This document shows positions 25,730 through 34,708 of a DNA stretch of 64,000 nucleotides, one piece after another. Within the stretch, counting starts at the first letter, position 1. The number at the start of each line of letters is the position of its first letter. Below the pieces are notes generated by a model. It did no database searches, was not told the DNA's origin, and saw only the letters and a program-made list of their open reading frames with translations. Made by a program: the position numbers and the translations under genes. The stretch lies in the NCBI GenBank assembly GCA_963662615.2, contig CAXXSR010000001.1, positions 1,901,664 to 1,965,663 of the forward strand, read 5' to 3'. This stretch comes from Dehalococcoidia bacterium (lineage in GTDB: Bacteria > Chloroflexota > Dehalococcoidia > Bin125).

Positions 25730-27194
25730 ATGCAGCGATCCGCTACGTTCTTGCCGCCGGCGCCACTGACATCGCGCCGATGGGTGCGGGCGATGCATGC
25801 GCTCGCGCTGCTCAGCGTCGCGGTCAGCACCTACTATCTGACCTGGCGCGGCCTCTCCACGCTCGACACGGACGTGCCGGCGTTGGCCGGGGTGCTCTAC
25901 GTTGCTGAAATCTACATCTTCCTGAGGCTCGTCGGATTCTTGGTCGTCACTTGGGAGACCGACAGGCACGCGCCTTTCGCCCTGCGCGACGATGCGTCGG
26001 TCGATGTGTTCATTACGACCTACGACGAGCCGGCGGACATCGTGCGCGCCACCGCGCTCGGCGCGCTCGCGATGGAGCATCCCCACCGGACCGTCATTCT
26101 GGATGACGGTCGCCGCAAGGAGATCCGCGCCATCGCGGCGGAGCTAGGCTGCGACTATCTCACGCGTGCGGACAACACGGGCCACAAGGCGGGCAATCTC
26201 AACAACGCGCTGCAACACTCCAGCGCGGACTTCATTGCCGTCTTTGACGCCGATCACGTGCCCCAGCAAGCGTTCCTCCGGCGAACCCTAGGCTACTTCG
26301 TGGACCCGGCCATGGCGCTGGTCCAGACGCCACAGGAGTTCTACAACCGCGACTCCCGACAGCATCCGGACGCGGCGTCGGCGTGGCACGAACAGACGCT
26401 CTTCTACCGCGTCATCCAAGCGGGGAAGAATCAGAGCAATTCGGCGTTCTGGTGCGGATCGTGCGGCGTTCTCAGGCGTGCGGCCTTGGACAGCATCGGC
26501 GGTGTCGCCAGCGAGTATCTCACCGAGGATCTGCACACCACGCTTCGTCTGCACCGTGCCGGCTGGAAGACGTTCTATCACCGTGAGCCGCTGGCCTACG
26601 GCATCGCTCCGGACGATTTTGCAGCCTTCCGGACGCAACGGCTGCGGTGGGGACGAGGCACCATGCAGATTCTGCGCACGCGAGAAAATCCCGCGGTCGC
26701 GCGGGGTCTCACGGTCTGGCAACGGATCAGCTACCTCTCCTCCATGCTGACCTATTTCGATGCGCACATCCGCTTGGTCCTCCTCACCTTTCCCGCCCTC
26801 GTGCTCCTCTCTGGCCTCAGCCCCATGGCGACCTCAGCCCCGGAATTCTTCCTCCGCTTCGCACCCCATCTCGTCTTGAGCGTCGTGGCGGCGACCCTCG
26901 CGCAGCGAGGCGCCAATCGCATCGTCTGGTCGGAGCGCTTCGCGGTCGCGCGAATGTTCATCTTCCTTCGCGCCAGCGTGACCCTCGTGACCGGCGGCCG
27001 GCGGTTCGGCGTTCACGGTCACGCCCAAGGTTGCTTCCGTGTCGGCGGGCGGCACCGCAGGAGTGCGATTCACCGAGGCGACGCAATCCACGCGGGACAA
27101 GCTGACGCTCGCGCTGGTGACGGCAGGCGCGGCCGATCAAGATCGCGAATCAACGGCGGCATGGCGCCAGATTGAGCGAACGAGGGCGGCATAG
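25730..27194 (+). CDS. Family-2 glycosyltransferase, cellulose-synthase-like (probable frameshift near 27005 as sequenced)
   Basis: The motifs are VDVFITTYDEP, ILDDG, AVFDADH, TEDLHT and QRLRWGRG (QxxRW). The conserved FTVTPK lies in the +1 frame from 27012, which ends at TAG 27192-27194. Confidence 0.85.
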
Positions 27195-27206
27195 GGCGGC
27201 CGCCTG

Positions 27207-27882
27207 ATGACACAACTCGGCGACCGCTTGCCACCCCTCCCGCTTGTCTGTCAGCGGACGCTCGCGCCGGCCGAGGATTCCGACACGGGCGCACGCGATC
27301 TGGCGGCGGTCGTTGCTGGGGACGTGCGGATGTCGCTTGAGACCATCCGGGTTGCCAACTCCGCATACTTCGCGCGGCGGGAGCCGGCCGTTTCCGTAGC
27401 GGACGCTGTGGTGACGATTGGAATTGACAACGCACGGCACATTGCGCTGGGCGCGGCGCTCCTGTCGACGTTTCGCGGCGTCAGGGATCATCTCGATCAG
27501 AAGGATCTCTTGCGCCTGGGGATGTCCGTAGCGAGGCATTGGCGACCTCTCGGCGACCATGCGGCCACCGCGGGGATCCTGCAACACGCCGGGCTGCTGG
27601 CAATGGCGACCGCGCAGGAGCAGTTTCACGCCTATGCCGCCGCCGTTCCTGCAACCAGCGACTACGAGTCGTTGCACGACCGCGAGCGAGAGCTTTTTGG
27701 AGGGACGCGCTGCGATCTTCACGTGCGCCGTTACTGAATACTGGAACCTCCCGCGCTCGGTGGTGGACATCCTCCGCTCCTGGCATCTTTGCGGGGCCGC
27801 TCACTCCGCGCTCTATGTGCCCTATGTGGATGCGGCGTCTACCGTTGCGTCACCGCTGCTGCAGGCGGTCACGCGCAGGTAG
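27207..27882 (+). CDS. HDOD-domain protein (probable frameshift near 27694-27712 as sequenced)
   Basis: LETIRVANSAYFARREPAVSVADAVVTIGIDNARHIALG is HDOD-like. The expected continuation AAIFTCAVTEYWNLPRSVVDILRSWH is in the +1 frame (ORF 27559-27882), after a T5/GGAGGG run. Confidence 0.72.
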
Positions 27883-27907
27883 GCCGGAACCCGTGGCGGG
27901 CAGCGGC

Positions 27908-28282
27908 TCAGATTTCCTGCGCAGAGGGCCCGCTCACTGCATTTTGGGCGCGCCTGATCGCGTCAAGGAGCCGCTGTCGAGATACTCCCCTTAGGAGGAA
28001 CTCCTGGGCTCCTACCTCTTTGGCGCGGGCCAAGTACTCTTCGCTCTCAAAGCTCGAGAGGATGATCACGGCCGTTTCGGGACGTTCCTCCCTTATGCGC
28101 CTGGTCGCTTCCAATCCGTCCATCCCGGATAGGCGGATGTCCATGAGGATGACATGCGGGCGCAGCTCGCGCGCCGCTGCCAGCGCCTCCTCACCGGTAA
28201 CAACCTCACCGATGACCCGAATATCGGCAGCGGTGCCCAACATTGCTCGCAGGGCGTCTCGGATGATCACATGGTCATCCAC
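27908..28282 (-). CDS. Single-domain response regulator (CheY-like receiver)
   Basis: ILMDIRLSGMDGLEATRRI and AVIILSSF are receiver motifs. The beta-1 strand (TTVLLVDDH) is encoded upstream of the first canonical start (GTG 28282), so the start codon is unresolved. Confidence 0.78.
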   Translation of the reverse strand: MDDHVIIRDALRAMLGTAADIRVIGEVVTGEEALAAARELRPHVILMDIRLSGMDGLEATRRIREERPETAVIILSSFESEEYLARAKEVGAQEFLLRGVSRQRLLDAIRRAQNAVSGPSAQEI

Positions 28283-28334
28283 GAGAAGAACGGTCGTGTG
28301 CCCGGTCTGGGAAGGCCCGGCGCCCGGGCCCCTC

Positions 28335-31300
28335 TCAAGCAGAAGGCGTACCCAGGATCGGCTCGGCCGGCGCTGCCACCGTGGCCGGCGCGCCGTTCAG
28401 GGGGATGCGGACGTGGACGGTTGTGCCATGCAGGGGGGTTGAATCGACGCGGAAGACGCCCCCGGCCAGCTCCGCCCGCTCTCGCATGCCGATCAGTCCG
28501 ACATGCTGCCCCCGCTGCCAGTCCGGCGCCCGCGCCGCGGCATCAAATCCCTGGCCCCAGTCGCGGATCTCCAGAACGGCATCCGCATCGCGAACCGCCA
28601 GGACGACGCGGATCTTGGGCGAGCCGGAGTGCCTGATCGCGTTTGCGGTCCCCTCTTGCGCGATGCGGTACAGCGCCAGCTCCGCCGCGGGGTCAAGGCG
28701 GACGCCGTCCATGGTGGCGCGGAATTCGATCTCGGACTCAGTCCGCTCCTGGGTGTCTTTCAAGAGCCCTCGTATGGCCTCGACGAGTCCAACGTCATCG
28801 AGATCGCCGGGACGGAGGCCGGCCATGATCCGACGCGTGTCAGCCAGGACCGTATCCAGGTGCTCGCGAGCGAGCTGGAGATAGCGCTCGGCACTCTCCA
28901 CATCGCCCTTCTGCCGCTCCGCGACGAAGCTGTCGAGGAACATGCCGGCCCCGGCCAGCCACTGGATCGGGCCATCGTGCAGTTCTGACGCCACCCGCTT
29001 CCGTTCCGCCTCTTGGGACTGGAACAGGCGCTGGACGAGCTGCTGCTTTTCTTCCAGGAGGCGTGTCCGCTCCGCCTCCGCGTGGACCTGCTCAGTGATG
29101 TCCCGCACCGTACCGATCAGCTGAACGGGCCGACCGTCCTTATCGAGGATCGGTTCACCTTGGGTGTACACCACCCGCTCGGTGCCATCAGCTCGGATCA
29201 CGGTGGTCCTGTGGGCGAATGCTTCCCGCCGATCGACTGCCGCCTGGTGAGCAGCTCGCGCTTGCTCGCGCTCGGCCGGATGAACCAGGGCTATGGCGTC
29301 GTCATGGCTGAGCGGGAATTCCTGTGACTGTGTGCCGAAGATCCGGTAGGTCTCATCCGACCACCGCATATCGTCCGTGGCAAGGTCCCACTCCCAGCTG
29401 CCCAGGTGAGCGATCTCCTGCGCGTGAGCGAGGGAGGCTTCACTTTGCCGCAGGGCCTCCTCCGCGTGGACCCGCTCGGTGATGTCCTGCACGGCGCCAA
29501 TCATCCGAACGGGCCGGTCCTCCTTGCCGTGGAGCACCCGGCCTTGGGCGTACACAACTCGCTCAGTGCCGTCGGGCACGATCACAACAGTTTGCAAGGC
29601 AAATCCTTCACGCCGGTCAATCGCGCCCTGGATAATGGCTTGCACGCGGTCGCGATCGGCCGGAAGAACGTGGGCCAGGAAGGTGCGCATGGCCGGCGGG
29701 GATTTCTGGGGCTCTTCGCCGAGGATCCGGTAGGTCTCGTCCGACCACCGCATATCGTCCGTGGCAAGGTCCCACTCCCAGCTGCCCAGATGAGCGATCT
29801 CCTGCGCGCGGGCGAGGGAGGCTTCACTTTGCCGCAGGGCCTCAGCGGCGCGGCTCCGCTCCGTGACGTCGCGGAGGATGGCGGTGAACACGGGGCCGTC
29901 CGGCAGGTCCAGCCGGGAAACGGAGGCCTCCGCGGGAAACTCCGACCCATCCTTGCGGCGTCCGCGAATCCCCTCCTCTTCCCTGATGTATCGCGCCGTC
30001 TCGGCTGAGGCCATGAAGGCGTGGAGGCCTGCATGCTGGGAGTCGCGACGCGACCCGGGGACGAGCATGTCCAGCGGCCGGCCGTTCACCTCCGCCGCGC
30101 TGTAACCGAACGTCGCCTCCGCACCCCGATTGAAGAGACGGATCCGTCGTTGCGAGTCGGCCGAAATGATGGCGTCGGGTGCGGTGTCGAGGATGCCGGC
30201 CAGGCGGCGACGCGTCGACGTCACCTCCACGCGACGGCGACGCTCCCGCAGGAGCGCCGTCACGGCGAGGCCCAGCGCCAGCCAGATCAGGGCCACGAGT
30301 ACGGGTCCCCCCACTCGGATCCGCAGAGGCAGGCCGGCCGTGAAGGCAGCAGTCGGGACGCCGCTGACACTCCAGGTAGACGCGGCGACGTCAACCTCGG
30401 CGGCCAGGCTGGGCCCGCCCGCTTCTCCCTGGCCGGTTCCGGCGGAGTACAGCTGGAAGTCCGGCCCCAGGATCGACTCGCCACGTATCGTGATCTCGAA
30501 GAGCGCCGCAGCGTTCAACCCTTGCAGGGTTTGATGCATCAGTCCGCTCACGTCGAGCGTCAGCACCACGAAACCAACGAGCTGCTCGCTCCGCTCGGCC
30601 GCGCCGGCCGGCACGGCGCCACCCGCGTAGACGGGAAAGAAAATCGGTAGGAGAGTGTTCGTGAGGTCCGCCGGAGACATGGGGACGGTGGGGTGAGCCT
30701 CAGGGGCACCGCTCTCGGCGGCGCGTGTCAACGCCGCTTGCCCGGCGGGATGGGCGCCGAAATCAAAGCCGTGCCCCAAGGCGGTCGGCCTGAACGGCTC
30801 CATGTATGTCAGCGGGAAATACTCCGCCCGCGTCCCCGCCGGGACGAGCCTCCCTGCCTTGAGATCGACTTCGTGAAGGGCGTAGTCGGTGAACCCCTCC
30901 TCCCTGCGTTCACGCTCGTGATCGGCCCGATCGGCGAAGGCGAGCCGGGGCACCCAAGCGATCAACTGGATCTCGGGGCGCGCCGCAACCAGCTCTTGGT
31001 TGAAGAGATGGAACGTTTCGCCCGAGACGACCGGGGGCGTGGCGACGCCGGCCGGGTCGAGCCGCTGCGCCTCCTCCGCCCCGGCGAACGCCAAGTGGAA
31101 AAAGGCCCGTGTGCCGCTGCCGATCGTCTCCAAGACAGCCACTTCCTGGGCGAGCTTATCGACGATCTCCTTGAACTCCTCCCGAAGTTCGCTCTCGCGG
31201 CGATCGTCGTGGACCGACTGCAGGCGCAGCGCCACCCCCGCGGTCAGGGCGACGCCTAGGCCAAGAAAGACGGTGAAGGCGAGGAGGTTACGGCGGGATC

Positions 31301-31388
31301 CCATCGGCAGTGCGATGGTCCTGAACCGCCCTCGGCGTGGGTGGAAGGGTCGGATGACCACTGCTCCCGTGCGCCCCGGTCGGGGCAT
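28335..31388 (-). CDS. Sensor histidine kinase: CHASE - TM - 3x PAS - HisKA_3 - HATPase
   Basis: The periplasmic CHASE-like region is LIAWVPRL...YFPLTYMEPF. There are three PAS modules, two nearly identical. The H-box is ASELHDGPIQWL, with an ATPase domain at the C-terminus. The start may be the internal ATG near 31304. Confidence 0.9.
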   Translation of the reverse strand: MPRPGRTGAVVIRPFHPRRGRFRTIALPMGSRRNLLAFTVFLGLGVALTAGVALRLQSVHDDRRESELREEFKEIVDKLAQEVAVLETIGSGTRAFFHLAFAGAEEAQRLDPAGVATPPVVSGETFHLFNQELVAARPEIQLIAWVPRLAFADRADHERERREEGFTDYALHEVDLKAGRLVPAGTRAEYFPLTYMEPFRPTALGHGFDFGAHPAGQAALTRAAESGAPEAHPTVPMSPADLTNTLLPIFFPVYAGGAVPAGAAERSEQLVGFVVLTLDVSGLMHQTLQGLNAAALFEITIRGESILGPDFQLYSAGTGQGEAGGPSLAAEVDVAASTWSVSGVPTAAFTAGLPLRIRVGGPVLVALIWLALGLAVTALLRERRRRVEVTSTRRRLAGILDTAPDAIISADSQRRIRLFNRGAEATFGYSAAEVNGRPLDMLVPGSRRDSQHAGLHAFMASAETARYIREEEGIRGRRKDGSEFPAEASVSRLDLPDGPVFTAILRDVTERSRAAEALRQSEASLARAQEIAHLGSWEWDLATDDMRWSDETYRILGEEPQKSPPAMRTFLAHVLPADRDRVQAIIQGAIDRREGFALQTVVIVPDGTERVVYAQGRVLHGKEDRPVRMIGAVQDITERVHAEEALRQSEASLAHAQEIAHLGSWEWDLATDDMRWSDETYRIFGTQSQEFPLSHDDAIALVHPAEREQARAAHQAAVDRREAFAHRTTVIRADGTERVVYTQGEPILDKDGRPVQLIGTVRDITEQVHAEAERTRLLEEKQQLVQRLFQSQEAERKRVASELHDGPIQWLAGAGMFLDSFVAERQKGDVESAERYLQLAREHLDTVLADTRRIMAGLRPGDLDDVGLVEAIRGLLKDTQERTESEIEFRATMDGVRLDPAAELALYRIAQEGTANAIRHSGSPKIRVVLAVRDADAVLEIRDWGQGFDAAARAPDWQRGQHVGLIGMRERAELAGGVFRVDSTPLHGTTVHVRIPLNGAPATVAAPAEPILGTPSA
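29334..29843. repeat. Two ~126-bp direct repeats (29334-29459 and 29718-29843, about 96% identical) inside the kinase gene
   Basis: The offset is exactly 384 bp (128 codons) with 5 mismatches in 126 bp. The repeats encode EALRQSEASLA.AQEIAHLGSWEWDLATDDMRWSDETYRI twice. Confidence 0.9.
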
Positions 31389-31607
31389 TCATCGGACCAA
31401 GAGGCGGCGCGACTGCTCGCTCCTCGCCCGACTGGATCAACCCTGCACCGTGCCGGCGCAGGCCTAGCGCAGGCGCGGCCGGGCACCAGCATAGCGCCAC
31501 TCCGCTCGTTTCAAGTCACTTCAGGCTGCGCGTCGCGGGAGAGCCGAGCATCCGCGCCAGGCGTCTCCCGGCGGAGAGCGCCGTGCAGGCGAGCCTCATG
31601 GCGCAGC

Positions 31608-31841
31608 TCAGGAGGCCTGGCGCGTGCGGCCCTCCGCCTCCAGCGCTGAGATCACCGCCTCAACCCGCTGGGCGCACGCCGGGCAGGTGTAATAGGAGCG
31701 AAGCCGGCGTCGCTCCACCAGCCGCGGCACCCCTTCTTCGCTGGGAACCGCGCGAGCGTTGAACATGTCGAGAGCGAAGCCCTCCTTGTGGATGGCGAAC
31801 CCGCAAAAGTCACAGACGAACGCAAGTGGCATAACGCACAC
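31608..31841 (-). CDS. Small zinc-ribbon protein (hypothetical)
   Basis: There are two CxxC pairs (CDFCG ... CPACA). It lies between the LuxR-solo gene and the kinase gene on the same strand. Confidence 0.5.
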   Translation of the reverse strand: MCVMPLAFVCDFCGFAIHKEGFALDMFNARAVPSEEGVPRLVERRRLRSYYTCPACAQRVEAVISALEAEGRTRQAS

Positions 31842-31923
31842 GGCTCCGTTTGCTCGCCGTCCCGCGTCCGTGGCCGCGGGGCGCCGCCTCGCACTCCGGA
31901 CAGCCTCGGACGATGTCCCGGCA

Positions 31924-32142
31924 CTAGGCGCTCAGGGCGGAAGGTTCCACTTCGTGGCGAAGAGCGCGGACCGCGATCTGCGTGCGGTTGGTCACGTCCC
32001 ATTTGATCATCACGTTGGCCACATGCCGCTTGACCGTCGCCATACTGACGCCCAGGATCTCCGCGATCTCCGCGTTGGACAGCCCCTGGCTGATGAGCTG
32101 CACCATCGCGCGCTCACGCTCCGTCAACTCTCGCCGTGTCAT
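31924..32142 (-). CDS. LuxR/GerE-type HTH protein without receiver domain
   Basis: LTERERAMVQLISQGLSNAEIAEILGVSMATVKRHVANVMIKWDVTNRTQIA is a GerE HTH. ATG 32142 has a GGGAGG about 9 nt upstream. Confidence 0.78.
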   Translation of the reverse strand: MTRRELTERERAMVQLISQGLSNAEIAEILGVSMATVKRHVANVMIKWDVTNRTQIAVRALRHEVEPSALSA

Positions 32143-32480
32143 TTCCGAATCCTCCCTTGGCTGCGCCACCCCAACTGGTGAGACCCCTGTCCGCGGGGCC
32201 AGCCTCACTGATCCACGAGGCGGGCCCTGACGGATGCGTCCCTGATTCTCAGCGATCGCTCGGCATCATCCGTCACTGCGTTGCGCTCCATAAGAGGCAC
32301 ATGGCCATCCGAGTGGCCAGATAGACAAGTTATGTCGGCCCAGCCGAAGGCCAAGGACACTTGCGCCGATCCAATGGCGGGCCGACGCGGAGTGGGGCGG
32401 TCGCTGTAGGGCCGGCCAGCGGAGACGACGGCGGTCGCAGATCGCCCGAGCGAGCCGTACGCCAGCGGGGAGGGAGGCGG

Positions 32481-33158
32481 CTAGTCAATATTCAACCCGG
32501 CGCGGATCGCCAACACCGCCGCCTGCGTGCGGTCCGAAACGCCGAGCTTTGCGATCATCTCTTGGACGACGTTCTTGATTGTGCCCACGCTGTAGCCCAG
32601 CTCGTCCGCGATCTCCCGGTTCGTCATCCCCTGCGCGACGAGGCGGAGGGTGAGGAGTTCGCGCTCCACCAGCACGTCAAGCAGGCGTGGCTGCCTGTCC
32701 TGCCCCTGTGCGAGATCCTGTCCCAGGGAGCCAAGCAGTTTGAGATCGAATATGGAGCCGCCGTCTCGGACCACCCGAAGGCTATTGAGCAGGAGGTCGC
32801 GGCCCGTTCCTTTGAGCAGATAGCCGGCGGCTCCGGCCGCGATCGCCTGGCGCAGGTACGCCTCACTCTCAAAGCTCGTCACCATCACTACGGCGACGGT
32901 GGGAAGCTCTTTTTTGATCAGCCGCGTGGCGGTGAGCCCGTCCATGTCCGGCATGTGGACGTCCATGAGCACGATGTCGGGGTGCAGCGTCTTCGCTTTC
33001 GCCGCCGCCTCGGAACCGGAAGACGCCTCGCCCGCAACCTGAACGCCAGAGGCGTTGAGCATCGCGCGCAACCCGCTGCGGACCACGGGATGGTCGTCCG
33101 CAATCAGGACCCGGATGTCGGGAGAGGACTCGGTCGAGGCCTCTCGATCAGGAACCAT
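32481..33158 (-). CDS. NarL/FixJ-family response regulator
   Basis: The receiver is IRVLIADDHPVVRSGL...VLMDVHMPDMDG, and the GerE HTH is LTLRLVAQGMTNREIADELGYSVGTIKNVV. ATG 33158 is preferred over the longer ORF. Confidence 0.88.
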   Translation of the reverse strand: MVPDREASTESSPDIRVLIADDHPVVRSGLRAMLNASGVQVAGEASSGSEAAAKAKTLHPDIVLMDVHMPDMDGLTATRLIKKELPTVAVVMVTSFESEAYLRQAIAAGAAGYLLKGTGRDLLLNSLRVVRDGGSIFDLKLLGSLGQDLAQGQDRQPRLLDVLVERELLTLRLVAQGMTNREIADELGYSVGTIKNVVQEMIAKLGVSDRTQAAVLAIRAGLNID

Positions 33159-33412
33159 TGTCCCCCGCTCCCGCGCACGCCGCCTCCAGGCAGCGCCGCT
33201 AGAGGGTATTGCGTTGCAGTCCAGGGCGGCGAGCAAAGGGCGTCCTCCCTTCGAGTCAGCGCCGCTCGGACCGGCGCTCGCGGACCCGATCGAACCAGGG
33301 ACCCGCAGCCGCCGGGTGCTCGCGATCAAATGCGTATGCCGCGCTCGTCGGGTCCGTCGCCGAGAGCGTCCCGACGGGGACGGCCGGCGGGGGGGCGGTG
33401 ATGCTGCAGTTG

Positions 33413-34588
33413 CTATTGGCGGGGCAAGCCGAGCCCCCGCGTCGCCATGATGTTGCGCTGAATCTCGCTCGTCCCGGCGTAAATGGTGTAGGGAATCGAG
33501 TTCAGATACATGCGCCCGATCTTGGCCTTGAGCGAGGCGTGCGGATCGTTGGCGTCGAGCTGCTGAACGGGCAGGCCGATCAAGTTCGTGCCGAAACGGA
33601 AGACCCGCTGGTTCAACTCCGTACCGAACAGTTTGGACATGGAGGCTTGATGGTTGGGGACCAGGTCCTGGCTCTGCATCCAGACGACGCGGTAGGAGAT
33701 CAGACGCGCGATCTCCGTCTCAATGTAGAGCTCGGCGAGCCCGCGCTGGACTCGATCGTCGTCCCAGACGCGAACGCCGTTGCGCTTGGTGTCCTTGGCC
33801 CAGCGGACGAGCTCCTCGACCGTCCGCCTCGCCTGCGCCGGGTAGTGGATGCCGGATCGCTCGAAATCCAGAAGGGTGGCGGCCACGTACCAGCCACGGT
33901 TCACCTCCCCCAGCATTTGGTCGGCGGGGACGCGCACATCGGTGAGGAACGTGTCATTGAGGACGTGATTGCCGGCCATGTCAATGACGGGGCGCACCTC
34001 GATCCCCGGCGACGTCATGTCAACCAGGAAGTAGGAGAGCCCTTTGTGCTTGGGGGCGCCGGGATCGGTGCGAACTAGGATGTGCATCCATTCGCAGTGT
34101 TGGGCGTTGGAGGTCCAGCTCTTCTGCCCGTTGATGATGAAATCGTCGCCGTCACGAACAGCGCTCGTCCGCAACGAGGCCAAGTCGGAACCGGCGCCCG
34201 GTTCGCTGAAGCCCTGGCACCACGTCACCTCGGCCCTGGCGATGGGCGGCAAGAAGCGCCGCTTCTGGTCTTCCGTGCCATGGACCATGAGGCTGGGGCC
34301 GACCATGGTGATGCCTTGGCCGTCGCCGCCGGACGCGCCGGCGTAGGCGCTCTCCTCGCGGAAGATGAGCTGCTGCATATGGGAGGCGCCCAGACCGCCA
34401 TATTCCCGCGGCCAGGCCAGGGTCAGCCATCCACGCTGCGCCAGCTCGCGCTCGTAGGCCCGGCGAATCGGCCAGACCTCCTCTGAGTACGGCTCAAATG
34501 AGGCAGGCGGTTCCGCCCAGTGGCGACTGATGAAGTCGCGCACCTCGGCCCGGAAGGCCTCCTCCTGCTCCGTGAACTTGAACTCCAT
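33413..34588 (-). CDS. Acyl-CoA dehydrogenase
   Basis: MEFKFTEQEEAFRAEVRDF, WCQGFSEPGAGSDLASL and YAGTSEIQRNI are canonical ACAD motifs. Confidence 0.92.
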   Translation of the reverse strand: MEFKFTEQEEAFRAEVRDFISRHWAEPPASFEPYSEEVWPIRRAYERELAQRGWLTLAWPREYGGLGASHMQQLIFREESAYAGASGGDGQGITMVGPSLMVHGTEDQKRRFLPPIARAEVTWCQGFSEPGAGSDLASLRTSAVRDGDDFIINGQKSWTSNAQHCEWMHILVRTDPGAPKHKGLSYFLVDMTSPGIEVRPVIDMAGNHVLNDTFLTDVRVPADQMLGEVNRGWYVAATLLDFERSGIHYPAQARRTVEELVRWAKDTKRNGVRVWDDDRVQRGLAELYIETEIARLISYRVVWMQSQDLVPNHQASMSKLFGTELNQRVFRFGTNLIGLPVQQLDANDPHASLKAKIGRMYLNSIPYTIYAGTSEIQRNIMATRGLGLPRQ

Positions 34589-34708
34589 TCAATGTCCTCC
34601 GGCGCAGACGCAAGCTGAAGCAGGCAGGGGAGACGCGACGCGGGCCGAGTATCGGGAGGGGGCCGACCCTGCGGCCAGCACTGGCAGCGTCAAAGGCGCT
34701 TGGCCCCG

